Source: Eledone cirrhosa (taxonomy: Eukaryota). Taken from it: a stretch of DNA of 64,000 nucleotides. The stretch covers positions 421,910,001-421,974,000 of the forward strand of contig OZ024740.1 of NCBI GenBank assembly GCA_964016885.1, written 5' to 3'. A program made the translations under genes and the position numbers. Below, piece by piece: positions 40,128 to 52,200 of this stretch; the first letter of the stretch is position 1, and each line of letters starts with the position of its first letter. The notes under the pieces were generated by a model that was given only the letters and a program-made list of their open reading frames with translations, did not search any database and had not been told where the DNA came from.

Positions 40128-40174
40128 TGCTCCGATGATTCCAGACATCCCTCTGGAAGAAACAATTGTCAGCA
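40128..40174 (+). ncRNA. Hammerhead motif with CCGAUGA core variant (HH6)
   Basis: TGCT-CCGATGA-TTCCAGA catccc TCTGGAA-GAAAC-AATT-GTC-AGCA, immediately followed by AATAAA. Confidence 0.7.
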
Positions 40175-40233
40175 AATAAATGTATCAAACTAAGATTTGA
40201 TTGTTTTAACACTTTGTATATACATATATATAT

Positions 40234-42524
40234 ATCATCATCATCTTCGTTAAACGTCCACTTTCCACGCTAGCATGGGTTAAACGGGAGTTGTCCCACT
40301 TGAGGCAAGGTTTGGTCGGGTGACCGTGTCTCGCTCATATAGGACTATCTGGCAGGTTTTCTACGGCTGGATGCCCTTCCTAACACCAACCACATTTACA
40401 GTGTGGAACTGGGAACTTTTTACCGTGTTACCTACATGGCCACATTACAATGTGGACTGTGTGTTTTTTTCTTGTGACACCTACACGATCTCAATCTCAT
40501 TTATCTCATTTATTTGGACTGGATGTTGTAGTACCAACTTTATAGAGAGAGGGTGGTGTTGGTGGGAGTGGGAGGATAGGGTAGGGGTAGTGGATTGGTT
40601 AAGAGGTGCCTACTGACTAGGTTTCGCTTTGTACATAGGCAGAGCGGGTCTTCTGTATTACTGCGTAGTGCCAAAGATCTCGGTCCAGTGACATTGTCTT
40701 AGAGAGGTGCAAGTGTGTAAGGTCGGAATTTATCAGATCGTCCCAGGTTTTTCTGGGTCTACCTACTCCGTAACTACCATCAATTTTGATCGCCCTGCAC
40801 TTTTTTATACAGCTGTCGTCTTTCATGCGCATCACGTGGCCATACCAACGTAGTCTTCTCTCGAGTAAACAGCATCTGATCCCTCTTATTCCTAATTTCT
40901 CACTTAGTTCACTTATGCTTTGCCATTCACGTATATTACTATTACACATCCAACGGAGCATGCATGCTTCGTTCCTTTCCAGTCTGCGCAGGTCCCTGCA
41001 CGTAATGCCCATGTCTCACTGCCATGTAGCATTGCTGTTCGTATACAAGCATCATACAATCTGCCTTTCATTTTTAGAGAGAAACCTTTTGTGGCCAACA
41101 GCGGTATAAGCTCTCTGAACTTTTTCCATCCCGTTCTGACTCTGGCCTACTGTACTTTCAGAACACCCTCCACCACTGCTGATTTTGTCCCCCAGGTAAC
41201 GGAAAGTGTCTACTATTTCTATAGAACCATCTGGGCAATAGAAGGGGCTAGTATCCTGTGGACACTTGCTACCTATTGCACTTGAGCATCGGCCACATAT
41301 AAAGTCTACATTCTTAGATAGTTTACCTGTGATCCCACTACACCTTTTATGCACCCATACTTTGCATTTGGGACATAAAATGGAATTTCTGCCTACTCCT
41401 TTCCTACACACTGAGCATGGCCATTTCCTAGAGGGCACCTGTGCCATATTTTTCTATCTACAAACTAGAACTTTAGTCTTAGACAAGTTAACTTTAAGGC
41501 CTTTTGATTCTAGGCCATGCTTCCATGTTTGGAATTTCTTCAGTTCAGCCATTGATTCAGCTATGAGCGTTAGATCATCTGCGTATAGGAGTTCCCATGG
41601 TCAGCCGGTCTTGAACTCCTCTGTTATAGCCTGAAGGGCAATAATAAATAGGAGGAGGCTAAGGACAGAGCCTTGGTGAACACCAACTTTTACACTAAAT
41701 TCTTCACAATAGTCATTGTTAATTCTAACCTTACTGACTGTTTCATTATACATAGCTTGTATAGCTCTCACAAGCCATTCATCTACACCTAGTTTTCTAA
41801 GAGCCCACCAGATAATGGAGCGGGGTACTCTGTCAAAGGCTTTTTCCAGGTCTACAAAAGCTAAGTAGAGGGGTTTACTTTTAGCTAGGTACTTCTCTTG
41901 TTGTCGTACAAGGAAAAGAGCGTCTGTGGTATTTTTACCTGACACAAACCCAAACTGCATTTCATCTAGATCAATTCGCTCTCTGATTAGTTGCGCTATA
42001 ACTCTTTCTGTGACCTTCATGACCTGGTCAACTAACTTAATGTCTCTATAATTTCCTCTATCTAGAGCATCTCCTTTACCCTTGTAGCAGTTAATGATGA
42101 TGCTGCTATGCCAATCTTTTGGTATGACCCCATTCTGTATTACTTGGTTAACTATATGGGTGACCATAATATGTCCCACCATTCCAGATGCCTTCAACAT
42201 CTCAGCAACTATCTCCGAAGGCCCAGCTGCCTTGCCTGTCTTCATATCTTTGATTGCCTTAGTTATTATACTACATTTAACTTGCACCGCTGGTCCTTCT
42301 ATTGGATCGATTTGGGGCAGACTATCTTTTTCCCACTTATTCTCTTCATTTGATAGTCTCTCGTAGTGACACTTCCAAGCTATCTTCTTATCAGCATCAG
42401 TGAGGGCAAGTACACCGTTATCATTACGGACACACTTCTCTCCGACAATATCACGGTTTTCCTTGACACATTATCTAGCAATCCTGAACACCTCGCGTTT
42501 TTGGTCCTCACGTTGTAGAACATG
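40234..42524 (-). mobile_element. RTE-clade LINE copy C, 5'-truncated and defective
   Basis: ORFs 41601-42287, 41052-41447 and 40617-41012 with RT motifs and PHD insert; nearly identical to copy A. Confidence 0.97.
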
Positions 42525-42545
42525 TATATATATATATATACACAT

Positions 42546-42553
<8 letters not shown>

Positions 42554-42601
<48 letters not shown>
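42554..42601. repeat. (GA)n microsatellite
   Basis: Seen directly. Confidence 0.95.
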
Positions 42602-42604
<3 letters not shown>

Positions 42605-42738
42605 GGCTGCAATGTGGCAGCATGCTACTACGTCCGTCTCTGGTTCAAAAACACAGCACACACTTTTTCCTGTTTTTTCTTTGCTTGTTTCCTTAAAGCT
42701 TACCATCATTCCATTGGTATACATCTATTACACAATTT

Positions 42739-42796
42739 ACATCTGATGAGGTCACCAGATTCTTATGCAACCTGGCCACTGAAATGTGCATAGTGT
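42739..42796 (+). ncRNA. Hammerhead ribozyme motif (HH7)
   Basis: ACAT-CTGATGA-GGTCACCAG..CTGGCCACT-GAAA-TGTGCATA-GTGT, then AATAAA at 42804; stem II imperfect. Confidence 0.62.
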
Positions 42797-43187
42797 TTAC
42801 AGTAATAAAAAATTAAGGAAATTCAACATATTTGACCTCCTGTCATTTCATTTTATAATATATTTATATATATATATTTTTTTTTTTATTCTAGATTTAA
42901 TTATTTGGTAAATTATGGATATTTTATCATTAAAATAAAGTAACAAAGAAATATTCTATTACTCAATTAAGTGTTCCAGCCGACAGGCTGAGGCCATGCT
43001 GGGGCACTGCCATTACTTCTAAATTATTGAATCAAACATTTTAGGTATGTGTTTAAAATATAGCCATCATACAGTAGACAATCATTTGTTCTAGCAATGT
43101 GTATAATCATCACCATTGCTAAACATCCATTTTTTTCACACTAGCATGGTTAGACAAGTTGTTCCGTTGTGTGTAAATATATATAAA

Positions 43188-43346
43188 GGACGACCAAAAA
43201 AGACCTGGGCAGTGGTTGTGAGAGCGGATCTAAAATTGCTAAGACTGACAGAGGAGATGAAGAAGGAACATGACAAGTGGAGAGATGCTGAGTAGGACCC
43301 ATCCAACCCATGCAAGTATGGAAAAGTGGATGCAAAAACGATGATG
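43188..43346 (+). mobile_element. Older RTE family 3' fragment
   Basis: GRPKKTW-like coding remnant and tail CCATGCAAGTATGG..GGATG..GATGATG; related to 59365-59732. Confidence 0.7.
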
Positions 43347-43492
43347 AATTCATTAAAGTATATATCATCATCATCGTTTTTACATCAAAATCTCATAATA
43401 ACCGCTTCCATTTCTACTTTCAAATTCATTAAAGTAGAAATGGAAGCTGTTATTGTTAGTCTCAAAAATACAATTGTATGATTTACTCAGAG

Positions 43493-43710
43493 TTAACCCT
43501 TTAATGTTCAAACCAGCCAGAATTCTCTACCTTTTTCTGTTGAAACTGGCTGTAACTGGTCACTTAAACTGATGTTAAGGTATTGTTCGCAAAATAAATA
43601 CTTTCAAAATTTCATAGATTCGATATTATGTGAGATAATTATGTGAGACAAAGCCTTTACCATGAAAATATAATAGTAAATATAGAGTAATGTGAATGCT
43701 AAAGGGTTAA
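43493..43710. mobile_element. piggyBac-type MITE
   Basis: TTAA-CCCTTTA..TAAAGGG-TTAA. Confidence 0.88.
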
Positions 43711-43865
43711 ATATAATGGTTCTAGTAGTGTTTCGACTCATCACTAATCTATTCATTATTCTATTAACTTCAGAGTTACTAACTTCTACAAGACTAGAAC
43801 TGTTTCATAAAAAAAAAATCACCAGGAAATGAAACAGTTCTAGTCCTGTAGATGACATTTCTATA

Positions 43866-44094
43866 TTAACCTTTTAGCATTTACATTTCTCTATATTTAC
43901 TATTATATTTTCATGGTAAACACATTATTTCACATAATTATCTCACATAATATAGAATCTATGAGATTTTGATATTATCTAATTTGGGAACAATACATTA
44001 ATATCAGTGTGAGCAGTCGACTACAGCCGGTTCCAACAGAAAGAGGTGAGAAAATTCTGGCCGGATACGGTCGGTTTAAATGCAAAAGGGTTAC
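43866..44094. mobile_element. piggyBac-type MITE, opposite orientation to the previous copy
   Basis: TTAA-CCTTTTAGCATTTA..TAAATGCAAAAGGG-TTAC. Confidence 0.85.
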
Positions 44095-44202
44095 CATGAT
44101 GTTTACACTCTACTAATGTATTGAGTACCGTACTAACAGTGGCTATTCCCGATTGAACCAGGGACTCACAGGTTGTAAAGTGGTTGTTTAGATGTCACGA
44201 CA

Positions 44203-44376
44203 AAAAAACCCAGTACTCACTGTAAATGTGGTTGGCGTTAGGAAGGGCATCCAGCTGCAGAAACAAGCTAAAAGCAGTTCTGTATAAGCAAGATAGTCGC
44301 CTGACCTGGCATTGCTCACAACAGGATAACTCATCTAACCCATGCTACCATGGAAAAGTGGACGTTAAACGATGAT
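44203..44376 (+). mobile_element. Old SINE/RTE 3' fragment
   Basis: GGTTGGCGTTAGGAAGGGCATCCAGCTG..GGACGTTAAACGATGA. Confidence 0.7.
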
Positions 44377-44563
44377 ATATATATATCGAGGAAGAGTGTA
44401 TATTTAGTCAAGTAGCATACTACTTGACTATTTAATCAAGTAGTATATACTTGACTAAACACTCATTACCATGGAAATATTTTAAGGAACGATTTGCCTC
44501 AAGTTTTACACAGATAAAAACACAAACACCAATTTCTAATATAAAGTTATTATCATTCAACGA

Positions 44564-44748
44564 GGGCGATAGATTGGCAGTATCGGTAGAGAGTCGGACG
44601 CCATGCTTTCCAGCATAGTTACGTCCCTTTACGATCTCAGTTCAAATCCCGCCGAGGTTGACTTAGCCTTTCATCCTTACGAGGTCGATAAAATAAAGTA
44701 CCAGTAATGCACTGGGTAATTGCTGGCCTTGTGCCTAAAGTAGAAACA
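44564..44748 (+). mobile_element. SINE family 2 copy with 15-bp target-site duplication
   Basis: ATTATCATTCAACGA at 44549-44563 and 44749-44763; A/B-box-like motifs. Confidence 0.88.
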
Positions 44749-45295
44749 ATTATCATTCAACGATACACAGCATAAATCTCACAATGTGTAACTTAAAAGA
44801 AATATTGTTTTCTACATTTCGTAGCTGCAAAAATACCAGATATTTTGTTAACATTGTTGCCAGTAGACATGTTAGCATATTTTCACTTGCTGAGGGATGG
44901 GGGGAGGGATCTCCGCTAAAGACCTTCTGCTGTCCAGCTCTCCAGAAAGTTTCTTACCACTTTCATTCATACCACTACACATCTACACATACATATATAC
45001 ATAACAAAAACAATGAAAACAAGATATATATATATATAGCCTAATTTGCATATCGAGTGAGTTAGTAGACCGAAAGACCTGGGCAGAGGTGGTGAGAGCT
45101 GACCTCAAATCACTCGATATGCAAACAAACAAACTGAGCATTATAATAAATGTTCGGTAGACCTATACGTACATATATATATGTGTGCATGCATGTATGT
45201 ATGTATGTATATACATACTACTGTACGTCTGTATACATATATGTATGTACGTATACATACTTATATTTCTATATCTCTATATATATATATATATA

Positions 45296-45673
45296 TCATC
45301 ATCATTTTATGTCCACTTTTCCCTGCTTGCAAGGGTGGGACGGGAACTGATTCTGGCTTGATTTCTACAGCCGGATGCCCTTCCTAACACCAACCTCATT
45401 TACAGTGAGTGCTGAGTGCTTTTTTTCCATGGCGCCTACACGTCCACTTTACAGTGTGGGCTGGGTGGTTTTTTTCCGTGGCACCTCCACGACCACTTTG
45501 CAGTGGAATGATAGGTACCAGTCCTATCATCTCATTTCTACAGCTGAATAAACTGGAGCAATGTGAAATAAAGTGTCTTGCTCAAGAAAACAACACATCA
45601 CCCGGTCTGAGAATTGAACTCACAACCTTTCAATTGCAAGGCCAATGCTCTAACCACTAAGCCATGTGCCTCC
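45296..45673 (-). mobile_element. SINE family 1 copy with an internal duplicated/mosaic segment
   Basis: Full head and tail; TTTACAGTG..CTG(A/G)GTG occurs twice at 45400-45470. Confidence 0.88.
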
Positions 45674-45833
45674 ATATATATATATATATTTACACATACA
45701 CCAATTAAACAAAGTCAGAGGTATATATGTGTTTTGGCAACTTTTCACGATGTGGCTCAATGAAGAATTAATAAATCAGAGCAAAATACTATAGAATAAA
45801 GCACTTCGGGAAATAATATGTCCTAGTGAGTTT

Positions 45834-45898
45834 GTCCCCTGAAGAGCTCTAAAACTCGAGTATTTCCTTAAAAGTGAGCGAAACCCTAGGGTCGGGAT
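45834..45898 (+). ncRNA. Type-I hammerhead ribozyme motif, cleanest copy (HH8)
   Basis: GTCCC-CTGAAGA-GCTC..GAGC-GAAAC-CCTAGG-GTC-GGGAT; GUC cleavage triplet ending at 45893; palindromic stem III ACCCTAGGGT; LNEEL-like PLE C-terminal remnant about 80 bp upstream. Confidence 0.85.
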
Positions 45899-46297
45899 TT
45901 AGTGATTTAATCCTGGTATGTATATAAGCATTTCTAACATTAATTTTTACCTACTTATATATGGTTGACTGTATATTTAATTAATTTCCACATGCTGTTC
46001 AAATGTTGGGTAAATATTCTATAGTGGTTGTGCGCGAAGACACCGCAATGGTATATTTATTTACTGTTTCTTCAGAGATGCCTTTTATTCTTATAGCCTG
46101 GTCTAATTGATTTTTTGTGTGGTTAATTATGCTGATTGGGAGTAGAGATGATGTATATATATTATCAAATAATTATCTGGACATGCTTTACTCTATAGAA
46201 TATATATATATCATCATCATCATCACATATATATATATATGAAATAAATATCGTTTTTTACAAAAACAATATAAAAAATCAGAAACATAGGTGGAGA

Positions 46298-49200
46298 AGT
46301 GTCATAGGTAAGTTAATGACAACTGTCAATGTCATAGGTAAGTTAATGACAACTGTCAATGTCATAGGTACGTTAATGACAACTGTCTGTCATAGGTAAG
46401 TTAATGACAACTGTCAGTGTCATAGGTAGGTTAATAACTGTCAATGCCATAGGTAAGTTAATGACATCTGTCAGTGTCATAGGTACGTTAATGACAACTG
46501 TCAATGTCATAGGTAAGTTAATGACAACTGTCAATGTCATAGGTAAGTTAATGACAACTATCAATGTCATAGGTAGGTTAATGACATGTCAGTGTCATAG
46601 GTAAGTTAATGACAACTGTCAATGTCATAGGTAAGTTAATGACAACTGTCAATGTCATAGGTACGTTAATGACAACTGTCAGTGCCATAGGTAAGTTAAT
46701 GACAACTGTCAGTGTCATAGGTAAGTTAATGACATGCCAGTGTCATAGGTAAGTTAATGACAACTGTCAATGCCATAGGTAAGTTAATGACAACTGTCAA
46801 TGTCATAGGTACGTTAATGACATCTGTCAGTGCCATAGGTAAGTTGATGACAACTGTCAGTGTCATAGGTAAGTTAATGACAACTGTCAATGCCATAGGT
46901 AAGTTAATGACAACTGTCAGTGTCATAGGTAAGTTAATGACAACTGTCAATGCCATAGGTAAGTTAATGACAACTGTCAATGTCATAGGTACGTTAATGA
47001 CATCTGTCAGTGCCATAGGTAAGTTAATGACAACTGTCAATGCCATAGGTAAGTTAATGACAACTGTCAATGTCATAGGTACGTTAATGACAACTGTCAA
47101 TGTCATAGGTAAGTTACTGTCAATGTCATAGGTAAGTTAATGACAACTGTCAATGCCATAGGTAAGTTAATGACATGTCAGTGTCATAGGTAAGTTAATG
47201 ACAACTGTCAATGTCATAGGTAAGTTAATGACAACTGTCAGTGCCATAGGTAAGTTAATGACAACTGTCAGTGTCATAGGTAAGTTAATGACATGTCAGT
47301 GCCATAGGTAAGTTAATGACAACTGTCTATGTCATAGGTAAGTTAATGACAACTGTCAATGTCATAGGTAAGTTAATGACAACTGTCAGTGCCATAGGTA
47401 GGTTAATGACAACTGTCTATGTCATAGGTAAGTTAATGACAACTGTCAATGTCATAGGCACGTTAATGACAACTGTTAGTGTCATAGGTAAGTTAATGAC
47501 AACTGTCAATGTCATTGGTAAGTTAATGACAACTGTCAATGTCATAGGTAAGTTAATGACAACTGTCAATGTCATAGGTACGTTTATGACAACTGTCAGT
47601 GCCATAGGTAAGTTAATGACAACTGTCAATGTCATAGGTAAGTTAATGACATGTCAATGTCATAGGTAAGTTAATGACAACTGTCAATGTCATAGGTACG
47701 TTAATGACAACTGTCTGTCATAGGTGAGTTAATGACATGTCAGTGTCAAAGGTAAGTTAATGACATCTGTCAGTGTCATAGGTACGTTAATGACAACTGT
47801 AAATGTCATAGGTAAGTTAATGACAACTGTCAATGTCATAGGTAAGTTAATGACAACTGTCAATGTCATAGGTACGTTAATGACAACTGTCTGTCATAGG
47901 TAAGTTAATGACATGTCAGTGTCAAAGGTAAGTTAATGACAACTGTCAATGTCATAGGTAAGTTAATGACATCTGTCAGTGTCATAGGTACGTTAATGAC
48001 AACTGTCAATGTCATAGGTAAGTTAATGACAACTGTCAATGTCATAGGTAAGTTAATGACAACTGTCAATGTCATAGGTAAGTTAATGACATGTCAGTGT
48101 CATAGGTAAGTTAATGACAACTGTCAATGTCATAGGTAAGTTAATGACAACTGTCAATGTCATAGGTACGTTAATGACATCTGTCAGTGCCATAGGTAAG
48201 TTAATGACAACTGTCAGTGTCATAGGTAAGTTAATGACAACTGTCAATGTCATAGGTAAGTTAATGACAACTGTCAATGTCATAGGTAAGTTAATGACAT
48301 GTCAGTGTCATAGGTACGTTAATGACAACTGTCAGTGTCATAGGTAAGTTAATGACAACTGTCAGTGCCATAGGTAAGTTAATGACATGTCAGTGTCATA
48401 GGTAAGTTAATGGCATGTCAATGTCATAAGTAAGTTAATGACAACTGTCAATGTCATAGGTACGTTGATGACAACTGTCAATGTCTTAGGTAAGTTAATG
48501 ACATCTGTCTATGTCATAGGTAAGTTAATGACATACCAGTGTCATAGGTAAGTTAATGACATGTCAGTGCCATAGGTACGTTAATGACAACTGTCAGTGC
48601 CATAGGTAAGTTAATGACAACTGTCAATGTCATAGGTAAGTTAATGACAACTGTCTGTCATAGGTAAGTTAATGACATGTCAGTGTCATAGGTAAGTTAA
48701 TGACATATGTCTATGTCATAGGTAAGTTAATGACATGCCAGTGTCATAGGAAAGTTATTGACAACTGTCAATGTCATAGGTAAGTTAATGACATGCCAGT
48801 GTCATAGGAAAGTTATTGACAACTGTCAATGTCATAGGTAAGTTAATGACATGTCAGTGTCATAGGTAAGTTAATGACAACTGTCAATGTCATAGGTAAG
48901 TTAATGACATGTCAGCGCCATAGGTAAGTTAATGACAACTGTCAATGTCATAGGTAAGTTAATGACAACTGTCAATATCATAGGTAAGTTAATGACATCT
49001 GTCTATGTCATAGTTAAGTTAATGACATGTCAGTGTCATAGGTAAGTTAATGACAACTGTCAATGTCATAGGTAAGTTAATGACATCTGTCTATGTCATA
49101 GGTAAGTTAATGACATGTCAGTGTCATAGGTAAGTTAATGACAACTGTCAATGTCATAGGTAAGTTAATGACAATTGTCAATGTCATAGGTAAGTTAATG

Positions 49201-52200
49201 ACAACTGTCAATGTCATAGGTAAGTTAATGAGATGTCAGTGTCATAGGTAAGTTAATGACAACTGTCAATGTCATAGGTAAGTTAATGACATGTCAGTGT
49301 CATAGGTAAGTTAATGACAACTGTCAATGTCATAGGTAAGTTAATGACAACTGTCAGTGTCATAGGTAAGTTAATAACAACTGTCAATGTCATAGGTAAG
49401 TTAATGACAACTGTTAGTGTCATAGGTAAGTTAATGACAACTGTCAATGTCATAGGTAAGTTAATGACAACTGTCAATGTCATAGGTAAGTTAATGACAA
49501 CTGTCAATGTCATAGGTACGTTAATGACAACTGTCAGTGTCATAGGTAAGTTAATGACAACTGTCAATGTCATAGGTAAGTTAATGACAACTGTCAATGT
49601 CATAGGTAAGTTAATGACAACTGTCAATGTCATAGGTACGTTAATAACAACTGTCTGTCATAGGTAAGTTAATGACATGTCAGGGTCAAAGGTAAGTTAA
49701 TGACAACTGTCAATGTCATAGGTAAGTTAATGACATCTGTCAGTGTCATAGGTACGTTAATGACAACTGTCAATGTCATAGGTAAGTTAATGACAACTGT
49801 CAATGTCATAGGTAAGTTAATGACAACTGTCAATGTCATAGGTAGGTTAATGGCATGTCAGTGTCATAGGTAAGTTAATGACAACTGTCAATGTCATAGG
49901 TAAGTTAATGACAACTGTCAATGTCATAGGTACGTTAATGACATTTGTCAGTGCCATAGGTAAGTTAATGACAACTGTCAGTGTCATAGGTAAGTTAATG
50001 ACAACTGTCAATGTCATAGGTAAGTTAATGACAACTGTCAGTGCCATAGGTAGGTTAATGACAACTGTCTATGTCATAGGTAAGTTAATGACAACTGTCA
50101 ATGTCATAGGCACGTTAATGACAACTGTTAGTGTCATAGGTAAGTTAATGACAACTGTCAATGTCATTGGTAAGTTAATGACAACTGTCAATGTCATAGG
50201 TAAGTTAATGACAACTGTCAATGTCATAGGTACGTTTATGACAACTGTCAGTGCCATAGGTAAGTTAATGACAACTGTCAATGTCATAGGTAAGTTAATG
50301 ACATGTCAATGTCATAGGTAAGTTAATGACAACTGTCAATGTCATAGGTACGTTAATGACAACTGTCTGTCATAGGTGAGTTAATGACATGTCAGTGTCA
50401 AAGGTAAGTTAATGACAACTGTCAATGTCATAGGTAAGTTAATGACATCTGTCAGTGTCATAGGTACGTTAATGACAACTGTAAATGTCATAGGTAAGTT
50501 AATGACAACTGTCAATGTCATAGGTAAGTTAATGACAACTGTCAATGTCATAGGTACGTTAATGACAACTGTCTGTCATAGGTAAGTTAATGACATGTCA
50601 GTGTCAAAGGTAAGTTAATGACAACTGTCAATGTCATAGGTAAGTTAATGACATCTGTCAGTGTCATAGGTACGTTAATGACAACTGTCAATGTCATAGG
50701 TAAGTTAATGACAACTGTCAATGTCATAGGTAAGTTAATGACAACTGTCAATGTCATAGGTAAGTTAATGACATGTCAGTGTCATAGGTAAGTTAATGAC
50801 AACTGTCAATGTCATAGGTAAGTTAATGACAACTGTCAATGTCATAGGTACGTTAATGACATCTGTCAGTGCCATAGGTAAGTTAATGACAACTGTCAGT
50901 GTCATAGGTAAGTTAATGACAACTGTCAATGTCATAGGTAAGTTAATGACAACTGTCAATGTCATAGGTAAGTTAATGACATGTCAGTGTCATAGGTACG
51001 TTAATGACAACTGTCAGTGTCATAGGTAAGTTAATGACAACTGTCAGTGCCATAGGTAAGTTAATGACATGTCAGTGTCATAGGTAAGTTAATGGCATGT
51101 CAATGTCATAAGTAAGTTAATGACAACTGTCAATGTCATAGGTACGTTGATGACAACTGTCAATGTCATAGGTAAGTTAATGACATCTGTCTATGTCATA
51201 GGTAAGTTAATGACATACCAGTGTCATAGGTAAGTTAATGACATGTCAGTGCCATAGGTACGTTAATGACAACTGTCAGTGCCATAGGTAAGTTAATGAC
51301 AACTGTCAATGTCATAGGTAAGTTAATGACAACTGTCTGTCATAGGTAAGTTAATGACATGTCAGTGTCATAGGTAAGTTAATGACATATGTCTATGTCA
51401 TAGGTAAGTTAATGACATGCCAGTGTCATAGGAAAGTTATTGACAACTGTCAATGTCATAGGTAAGTTAATGACATGCCAGTGTCATAGGAAAGTTATTG
51501 ACAACTGTCAATGTCATAGGTAAGTTAATGACATGTCAGTGTCATAGGTAAGTTAATGACAACTGTCAATGTCATAGGTAAGTTAATGACATGTCAGCGC
51601 CATAGGTAAGTTAATGACAACTGTCAATGTCATAGGTAAGTTAATGACAACTGTCAATATCATAGGTAAGTTAATGACATCTGTCTATGTCATAGGTAAG
51701 TTAATGACATGTCAGTGTCATAGGTAAGTTAATGACAACTGTCAATGTCATAGGTAAGTTAATGACATCTGTCTATGTCATAGCTAAGTTAATGACATGT
51801 CAGTGTCATAGGTAAGTTAATGACAACTGTCAATGTCATAGGTAAGTTAATGACAACTGTCAATGTCATAGGTAAGTTAATGACAATTGTCAATGTCATA
51901 GGTAAGTTAATGACAACTGTCAATGTCATAGGTAAGTTAATGAGATGTCAGTGTCATAGGTAAGTTAATGACAACTGTCAATGTCATAGGTAAGTTAATG
52001 ACATGTCAGTGTCATAGGTAAGTTAATGACAACTGTCAATGTCATAGGTAAGTTAATGACAACTGTCAGGGTCAAAGGTAAGTTAATGACAACTGTCAAT
52101 GTCATAGGTAAGTTAATGACATCTGTCAGTGTCATAGGTACGTTAATGACAACTGTCAATGTCATAGGTAAGTTAATGACAACTGTCAATGTCATAGGTA

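Noticed and set aside
45975-46080. Possible minus-strand hammerhead (CTGAAGA..GAAATTAATTA)
   Set aside because: Stems I and II do not pair convincingly.
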